The notes under the pieces: generated by a model
What the model was told of the DNA's origin: nothing
Seen by the model: the letters and a program-made list of their open reading frames with translations, nothing else
Database searches by the model: none
Shown: piece after piece, positions 26,525-32,000 of the stretch
Numbering within the stretch: the stretch's first letter is position 1
Layout of the letters: every line of letters begins with the position of its first letter
Assembly (NCBI RefSeq): GCF_014396165.1
Contig: NZ_CP060715.1
Coordinates: 1,890,001 to 1,922,000, forward strand
Origin: Erysipelothrix inopinata
GTDB lineage: Bacteria > Bacillota_I > Bacilli_A > Erysipelotrichales > Erysipelotrichaceae
Reading direction: 5' to 3'
Length of the DNA: 32,000 nucleotides
Program-made: the position numbers and the translations under genes

Positions 26525-27517
26525 TTACCTCCACGCTGCTGTATTTACATCACTTTTTAATGCACTAATCCATTCTCTATTATTAAAACGAATCATGGTG
26601 AGTGAAATACCTTCCATATCTAACGATGTCATTAAATTACCTGATTTTTTAAATTCAATATTAAGACCTTCTTGTTCAAGCAAGCTTCTAACATCATTCA
26701 TGAAAATATATTGTTCCATATAAGGTGTAGCACCCAATCCATTGACTAAGATTCCGTAAGTATCTCCAGGGCTCCAAGTAAATTCCTTTTTAAGTTTTTG
26801 GACCATTTCTTGAGCGAGTTCATGAGATGGTTTCATCGCTGTACGATGGTAACCAGGTTCGCCATGAATTCCCACACCAAACTCAATTTCTTGATCATTA
26901 AGTTCAAATCCTTTTTTACCTACCGCAGGAACGGTTGCGGCGTCAAGAGCGACACCAATTGTCTTAATATCCTTAACAAGTTTATCCCCCATTACTTTCA
27001 ATGATTTTAAGTCCATTCCCTGTGCTGCATAATAACCTAAGATTTTATGTACAAACACAGTTCCTGCAACACCACGACGTCCCGTTGTATATGTACTGTC
27101 TTCGACAGCAATATCATCATTTACAACGACCATTTCAACATCAATTCCTTCATCAGCAGCAAGTTCTTGCGCCATTTCAAAGTTCATAATATCTCCGGAA
27201 TAGTTCTTTACAATCAACAGAACGCCTTTATCATTTTTAACTGAAGTAATCGCTTCTAAGATTTGATCTGGTGTTGGTGAGGTAAAGATTTCACCGCACA
27301 CAGCAGCAGTTAACATGCCATCGCCAACAAATCCCGCATGTGCAGGTTCATGACCACTTCCACCACCACTAATAAGCGATACACGATCATCGTGTTCTGA
27401 TTTTGTCACGATTACTTCAGCTGAGTCTAACTTATACACGAGCTCGTCATTTTCATAACAGAAACCTCTTAACATTTCTTGTAAAATATCATCGGTATGA
27501 TTAATTATTTTTTTCAT
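26525..27517 (-). CDS. dhaK: Dihydroxyacetone kinase DHA-binding subunit DhaK
   Basis: SGGGSGHEPAHAGFVG motif, 330 aa, AGGAGG RBS. Confidence 0.9.
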   Translation of the reverse strand: MKKIINHTDDILQEMLRGFCYENDELVYKLDSAEVIVTKSEHDDRVSLISGGGSGHEPAHAGFVGDGMLTAAVCGEIFTSPTPDQILEAITSVKNDKGVLLIVKNYSGDIMNFEMAQELAADEGIDVEMVVVNDDIAVEDSTYTTGRRGVAGTVFVHKILGYYAAQGMDLKSLKVMGDKLVKDIKTIGVALDAATVPAVGKKGFELNDQEIEFGVGIHGEPGYHRTAMKPSHELAQEMVQKLKKEFTWSPGDTYGILVNGLGATPYMEQYIFMNDVRSLLEQEGLNIEFKKSGNLMTSLDMEGISLTMIRFNNREWISALKSDVNTAAWR

Positions 27518-27567
27518 TTGAGATACCTCCTATCTGTAGTGTATCCTGTAACCGCTTTCCAATCAAC

Positions 27568-27589
27568 GGACACTTCTAAATTTGTGTCC
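27568..27589. promoter_or_regulatory. 22-bp inverted repeat GGACAC-TTCTAAATTT-GTGTCC upstream of dhaK; candidate DhaS(TetR)-type operator
   Basis: The palindrome was read directly, 51-72 nt upstream of the dhaK ATG. It resembles, from memory, the Lactococcus lactis DhaS site GGACACAT-N6-ATTTGTCC. Confidence 0.45.
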
Positions 27590-27597
27590 AAACATTT

Positions 27598-27631
27598 AAA
27601 AAGACACTCTTATCTTTCATTAAAGAGTATC
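27598..27631 (-). terminator. Rho-independent terminator of the DUF1430-like/ABC operon
   Basis: The minus strand reads GATACTCTTtaatgaaagatAAGAGTGTC (9 bp including one G-U pair) followed by TTTTT. Confidence 0.65.
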
Positions 27632-27639
27632 TTTCTTTT

Positions 27640-28266
27640 TTAGATTTTCTCGATTCTAATAATGCGATCAACATGATCCATGACATAATCATCATGCGAT
27701 ACGATGACGACTGTTTTCCCTTCATTATGAAGATCTAACAAGAGGTTCATAACGAGTTCTTTATTAAAATCGTCCAAACTACCTGTCGGTTCATCACAGA
27801 GTATTATCTGAGCATTTTTAATGAGTAATCTCGCTATCGCAACACGTTGTTGTTCACCACCCGAACACGTATAAATTTTCTTCTTCTCAAACCCAGACAA
27901 CCCAACTTTTTCAAGAGCAGTACTTAAGTTATAACTACTCTCTTTTGATTTAGCTAAATTAAGATTGTAAGCAACTGTCTTATTATCTATCAAAGCAAAG
28001 TTTTGAAACAAATATCCAATATCATTTTTTAATACCCGAGTAGCACTACTACCGTAAGGTTTGGGTGCTATTTTGCCCCTTAGCAGGTACTCGCCACTGT
28101 CATAACGTTCTAATAAACCCAATATATTGAGAATTGTACTTTTACCCGAACCCGATAAGCCACTAATGCAGACCAGTTCCCCTTCTTCGATTTCAAGATT
28201 AAAATTTTCTAACACCTTGGTTTGATGATAGCTTTTTGATACGTTTTTCAATTCAATCACTTTCAT
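27640..28266 (-). CDS. ABC transporter ATP-binding protein (lactococcin-972-group / MacB-like small ATPase)
   Basis: Walker A GLSGSGKST, signature CSGGEQQR, Walker B ILCDEPTGSLD, H-loop VSHD. TAATG overlap with the upstream membrane-protein gene. Confidence 0.88.
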   Translation of the reverse strand: MKVIELKNVSKSYHQTKVLENFNLEIEEGELVCISGLSGSGKSTILNILGLLERYDSGEYLLRGKIAPKPYGSSATRVLKNDIGYLFQNFALIDNKTVAYNLNLAKSKESSYNLSTALEKVGLSGFEKKKIYTCSGGEQQRVAIARLLIKNAQIILCDEPTGSLDDFNKELVMNLLLDLHNEGKTVVIVSHDDYVMDHVDRIIRIEKI

Positions 28267-30452
28267 TAAATAGACCCTCCCTTAATTATTTCAGATAACG
28301 AAGTCCTCTCAAATTGGTATAAATCATAAATTAAAACAACACTATCCAAAATAATTAGTGACACAATCATGAGATATATCCAACCTAAATTTATTTTATA
28401 GACATAATCAATGTTAAAGTAATTATTCCAGATTTCTTTAATGACCAAACTTAATCCGATTAGCATGGGCGCTAGTGTCCCGAAGATAACACCACGATAC
28501 CTTTTTAACCGAGAAACGCCTGACAAGTATTGAACAGCAATCTTCTTTTTATGACTTTCTAAAATGATACGATGGATTAACTTATCAGCGATGAGTACAA
28601 AGATACATAACGATACATAGAATTCAATAACCATTTCTTTGTAAGTATTAACTTGCTTTTGGAAATAATTATCTCGTGCTTGATTGCTGATTCCTTGAAC
28701 ATACCCAATGTTATTAGAAATGTCCGCAATCACATCAACAAGTTTTGCCTTCGTTTTATTATCATAGTAGAAGATATCAAAATCATAATAGTCAAAATAT
28801 TTTTCTGGATGGGCCATGACTAGTATCATTTTTTCATAAGTCGAATCCACAACGACTCCCGCTTTTTCAGATTTCAGTAACGGTACTGTATCAACAATTA
28901 AAATAGGACCATCAATCCACATTGAGTCAATTTTTGCTAAGGCACTTCTTGGTACAAGCAAGGTATCTTCAGCCATTGAATCAAAGGATATAGGATTCCC
29001 TTCTAAGTCTTTAATATCATAACCCTCGAGAAATGTCTGATTCGCGTACACGACATCTCTTTCGATTTCCTTAGTAGGATAGAGTAGCACATCAGCAAGA
29101 ATACCCAGATTATATTTATCTATTGTCTTTAGGTATTTCGGATTAATTTCTTCTTCCCATTTTGAATCCTGCGGATGAATAAAAGGAAAATAAGGCTGTT
29201 GAATCATTGATATGGATATTCTATTCATGTACTCAGGATCTTGACTACGAATCGTCTTCGCAATGTTGGTATCATCGTAAGACTCATAATAATTCATACA
29301 AATAACCAGAAGACTGAATACTATAATCCCTTTCGAAATCATGGATACAAGTAGGAACCCGTATGAAGAAGCTGCAGTCTTTAAGTATTTCACGATATTC
29401 AAAGAACGAATCACAACAAATATAAGTGCATATACAATCAATATCCAAAGGGAATATCCAAGAATCGTCTTTATTAGAAGCATAGTGAAGGTATAACTCA
29501 AGGCATTAAATGAACCAATATTAACAAACCACAATATCAATGTAGTTAAGGAGAAAGACAACACAGTCAGCAGATAATCAATAAAGGTTATTGATAGGTA
29601 GGTTCTTAACTGATTGTTGCCATTTAACCTTCGAACCATGATTTCCTTAGTTTGATTAAAAATGGAATAAGCGAGTGTTATCAATAAAAGTGCCGCTGAA
29701 ACAATAAATATTTTCTTTGTGACCGATCCGAAATACCAATAACTTCCAAATATTGTTAGTTTACGTTCCTGATACTGATCAAGCAGGCTTTCACTTCGGT
29801 ACACAGATTTACATTCCTGAGTTCCACAAAAATTGTAAGGATCCATAATTTCCGTATACACAAGGTCATTAATTTCCGCTACAGATTTATCACTGAAATA
29901 GGCTAACGAAAATTGAATATGTGCATCTAAAGCCGGATGATTTCGAATCTTATATATAGGATAATAAAAACCATTACGATAATTTCGTACATCATTGGAA
30001 TAATCATAATCTTCTTTTAAGTATTCTATAAAAGTAGCATTTGGGTCTTCAATATTAGGATTTGTTGTTAGGTAGCGAACTTCATCATTACGATCAAAAT
30101 GGATATCTGAAATGTCTCGACTAAATACTGCGGTTGAGAAACCACTGTTATCACGAATGTTCGTAAAAGTTAGTCCCGTTTGCACACCATCTTCATCAAA
30201 ACTTGAAATATAAATAGCAACTTCATCATTATTTAATTCAGAAACATTAATAATGTTCTCAAAAAAATGATGAGGTTCTTCAAGAAAATGCGTAGACGCT
30301 CTAAATTCAACGCCGTTTAAATCACCACTTTGAATCCGTCCGAACGCGACTTCAGCAGACATTTGGTTATAATATGTATTATAGAAATCATACAAACCGT
30401 TGAATGATAAGATTGACACTAAAACAGAGAAGACAATAATATATTTTCTCAT
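28266..30452 (-). CDS. Large integral membrane protein with two FtsX-like repeats and two about 200-aa extracytoplasmic domains (DUF1430 / bacteriocin-associated membrane protein type)
   Basis: About 8 hydrophobic spans. FtsX-like signatures KEIMVRRLNGNN and KKIAVQYLSGVSR. Gene order matches the lcn972 immunity/export pair. Start set to the ATG at 30452 (MRKYIIVF, AAAGGTG RBS) rather than the track's TTG at 30485. Confidence 0.7.
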   Translation of the reverse strand: MRKYIIVFSVLVSILSFNGLYDFYNTYYNQMSAEVAFGRIQSGDLNGVEFRASTHFLEEPHHFFENIINVSELNNDEVAIYISSFDEDGVQTGLTFTNIRDNSGFSTAVFSRDISDIHFDRNDEVRYLTTNPNIEDPNATFIEYLKEDYDYSNDVRNYRNGFYYPIYKIRNHPALDAHIQFSLAYFSDKSVAEINDLVYTEIMDPYNFCGTQECKSVYRSESLLDQYQERKLTIFGSYWYFGSVTKKIFIVSAALLLITLAYSIFNQTKEIMVRRLNGNNQLRTYLSITFIDYLLTVLSFSLTTLILWFVNIGSFNALSYTFTMLLIKTILGYSLWILIVYALIFVVIRSLNIVKYLKTAASSYGFLLVSMISKGIIVFSLLVICMNYYESYDDTNIAKTIRSQDPEYMNRISISMIQQPYFPFIHPQDSKWEEEINPKYLKTIDKYNLGILADVLLYPTKEIERDVVYANQTFLEGYDIKDLEGNPISFDSMAEDTLLVPRSALAKIDSMWIDGPILIVDTVPLLKSEKAGVVVDSTYEKMILVMAHPEKYFDYYDFDIFYYDNKTKAKLVDVIADISNNIGYVQGISNQARDNYFQKQVNTYKEMVIEFYVSLCIFVLIADKLIHRIILESHKKKIAVQYLSGVSRLKRYRGVIFGTLAPMLIGLSLVIKEIWNNYFNIDYVYKINLGWIYLMIVSLIILDSVVLIYDLYQFERTSLSEIIKGGSI

Positions 30453-30756
30453 AATGGCACCTTTTCTACTAAAAATAGGTGACAATCCTTACTTTATACG
30501 ACCTCGACGAATACCTTGCTGGATTATCCTATTTTTGGTTAGTTGAGATGAAAGTGTACGAATTCATTTTCGTTAGTTCACTAGAGAGTAGATAAAAAAA
30601 GATAAATATTCGTGCAAATTTCTAACATAGAACAAAACAACTAATAAATCTTCAAAGTGCTTTGATTAGTTGCATTATAGCACTAATTAATTAAGTCGCA
30701 ACAGATATTATCGTGGAAGCCACCCTATTTTCAACTAAATTTCATCCTTTTGCTAC

Positions 30757-30773
30757 ATCCTATGTGATAGGAT
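30757..30773. promoter_or_regulatory. Perfect palindrome ATCCTAT-GTG-ATAGGAT just upstream of the RBS of the first MKDRY-family gene
   Basis: Read directly. It ends about 10 nt before the GGGAGG RBS of the 30796 CDS. Confidence 0.35.
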
Positions 30774-30795
30774 TAACGAAAGGGAGGTTATTCAT

Positions 30796-31476
30796 ATGAA
30801 AGACCGTTATGATTTTTTAGATACTTTAAATCGATACTTTAATGTGAACTTAGTTATGGGAATTTGCTCCATTATCGTATTAATAAATGTTCAAGCGCTA
30901 ACTGCTGTTGCTGGTTTAGCGACTTTAGTTTGTGCTATTTTATCACTTATTTACACGTGGAGGCTGTATAAAACATCCGCTAACACTAAAATGCGTACTG
31001 TTTTTTGGCTTCAAATTTCAGCTGGAATCGTGACCTTTATCATGATGATAACAATCATGTCCATGGTAATGAATATGATTTACAGCGAATCAATGATAAC
31101 AGGATATGGGGCAAATGACTTAGATTTACTTGATCAGTTTCTTGAAGTTAACACAAACTTTTTATTAACAATTATTACATTCGGAGTCATCCTACTTGTG
31201 ATTAGAATTATTACTACAGTCATGACCTTGTCATTTTTCAAAGACGAAGTTCCAACTGAGAATACGCTTAAGATTTATCCAACCGTATTAACATTGTCGA
31301 TTGTAGCTATTGTGGTTGACTTAGCATTCTCGATATTTATGAACTCACAAGCATCTCTCAATGTTTCAAGTATCCTAAGTACGTTGATATTCCTTTACTT
31401 CCTTAATGTTTGTCGTAAAGAATATCAATTCATGCTTGATCATGAAAATGAAATGCGTTATCAAGATTTCGAATAA
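30796..31476 (+). CDS. Polytopic membrane protein, unknown family (MKDRYxFLxTLNRYF N-terminus), paralog 1
   Basis: GGGAGG RBS. 226 aa with about 6 hydrophobic spans. A GC-stem terminator follows. Confidence 0.7.
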   Translation: MKDRYDFLDTLNRYFNVNLVMGICSIIVLINVQALTAVAGLATLVCAILSLIYTWRLYKTSANTKMRTVFWLQISAGIVTFIMMITIMSMVMNMIYSESMITGYGANDLDLLDQFLEVNTNFLLTIITFGVILLVIRIITTVMTLSFFKDEVPTENTLKIYPTVLTLSIVAIVVDLAFSIFMNSQASLNVSSILSTLIFLYFLNVCRKEYQFMLDHENEMRYQDFE

Positions 31477-31496
31477 AGAGCTTCGGCTCTTTTTTA
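31475..31496 (+). terminator. Rho-independent terminator after paralog 1
   Basis: AAAGAGC-TTCG-GCTCTTT followed by TTTT. Confidence 0.75.
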
Positions 31497-31636
31497 TTGC
31501 AAGAAAATAACTTTCAATAATGATATAATATAAGTAACAACAGAGTCCTTTTAACTCAAGGACGTTCCAACAAGAAACATTGATTTAATCATTAAGAATT
31601 CATAACTCATCATTTGAATCAAAGGAGGATGCTCAA

Positions 31637-32000
31637 ATGAAAGATCGTTATACATTTCTAGAAACTTTAAATCGTTATTTCTATGCCAACCTCATACTGG
31701 CTATCATTTCCATTCTAAATATCAGTAATTTACTTAACGGCAAAGAAGGTAATTCAGTATTAATCCTTATTTGTTCGATTTTTATTATTGTCTATACCTG
31801 GAATCTTTATGCTGTATCTGGGAATAAGAAAATGAAGTTTGTATTCTTCACTTATTTATTACTAATCGGTATTTCATTTTCTGTAACGATGTTTTTTCCA
31901 TCTCTCTTAAATGCAGCGTACCAGGACACTATAAACTCGGGGGCAACAATCGTTAATTTAGATGATCCTCAAATTTATTTCGCACTAACGGACTTTAACT
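31637..32000 (+). CDS. Polytopic membrane protein, paralog 2 of the MKDRY family (3'-truncated by the window edge)
   Basis: Not in the ORF track because it is open-ended. AGGAGG lies 8 nt upstream of the ATG at 31637. My translation, MKDRYTFLETLNRYFYANLILAIISIL...IVYTWNLYAVSGNKKMKF..., has no stop to nt 31999. It shares MKDRY.FL.TLNRYF, IYTW.LY and KM with paralog 1. An extended -10 TGATATAAT lies at about 31522-31530. Confidence 0.7.
   Translation, partial: MKDRYTFLETLNRYFYANLILAIISILNISNLLNGKEGNSVLILICSIFIIVYTWNLYAVSGNKKMKFVFFTYLLLIGISFSVTMFFPSLLNAAYQDTINSGATIVNLDDPQIYFALTDFN

Noticed and set aside
27538-27566. TTGATT-17-TACACT as the dhaK promoter.
   Set aside because: The predicted transcription start would fall on or within the AGGAGG RBS (27526-27531), leaving no usable leader. 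The real promoter is probably elsewhere or activator-dependent, so I did not annotate it.
30453-30485. TTG-initiated 11-codon extension of the DUF1430-like gene.
   Set aside because: The TAAGGA is only about 1 nt from the TTG. The downstream ATG at 30452 has an AAAGGTG RBS at proper spacing and starts directly with the signal-anchor sequence.
30486-30795. Search for a hidden lactococcin-972-like precursor or other small peptide gene upstream of the membrane protein.
   Set aside because: All minus-strand ATG ORFs I translated by hand are 4-15 codons (for example MNSYTFISTNQK and MLEICTNIYLFLSTL), with no RBS or signal peptide. No frame is open long enough for a precursor of about 90 aa.
1-32000. 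CRISPR arrays, tRNA or rRNA genes, prophage or defence-island signatures.
   Set aside because: There are no regularly spaced direct repeats. No intergenic region is long or GC-rich enough for structured RNA genes. No phage structural, integrase (other than the IS transposase), restriction-modification, Cas or other recognisable defence gene motifs were seen.

Overview
Low-GC Bacillota-type chromosomal segment, gene-dense, with about 33 credible CDS. I found no rRNA, tRNA or CRISPR array. All family calls come from motifs read by eye, not from searches.

Layout, left to right:
- 712-2766: an HxlR-regulated two-component flavin monooxygenase module.
- 3344-4297: a Cys2 Ntn-hydrolase of the bile-salt-hydrolase / penicillin V acylase family.
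- 4305-7045: a MacB/FtsX-type ABC pair with an overlapping lipoprotein gene.
- 7251-8624: a DAACS-family symporter with a terminator-like leader hairpin.
- 8980-13211: an ArsR-HTH fusion protein translationally coupled to a heterodimeric ABC exporter.
- 13268-17143: a MATE pump, a CofE-like (F420-ligase fold) gene, a small membrane protein and a GAF-type free Met-R-sulfoxide reductase.
- 17151-19704: a four-gene minus-strand cluster of membrane-anchored thermonuclease, Qnr-like pentapeptide-repeat protein, Ogt and a LipL-like protein.
- 19830-21122: brnQ.
- 21645-23462: one intact IS3-family element with TG..CA ends, imperfect inverted repeats, a target-site duplication and an A7 frameshift site. 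It sits in the loop of a terminator hairpin.
- 23485-27517: a dhaKLM-gldA-lipase glycerol operon, preceded by a DhaS-like palindrome.
- 27640-30452: a lactococcin-972-type membrane protein plus ABC ATPase pair with no bacteriocin gene.
- 30796-32000: that pair lies head-to-head with two tandem paralogous polytopic membrane proteins of unknown function.

No canonical defence, CRISPR or toxin-antitoxin system is visible. The best candidates for undescribed biology are the orphan Lcn972-type module with the MKDRY-family paralogs, the ArsR-fusion/ABC operon, the ABC-FtsX-lipoprotein operon, and the nuclease / DNA-mimic pairing.
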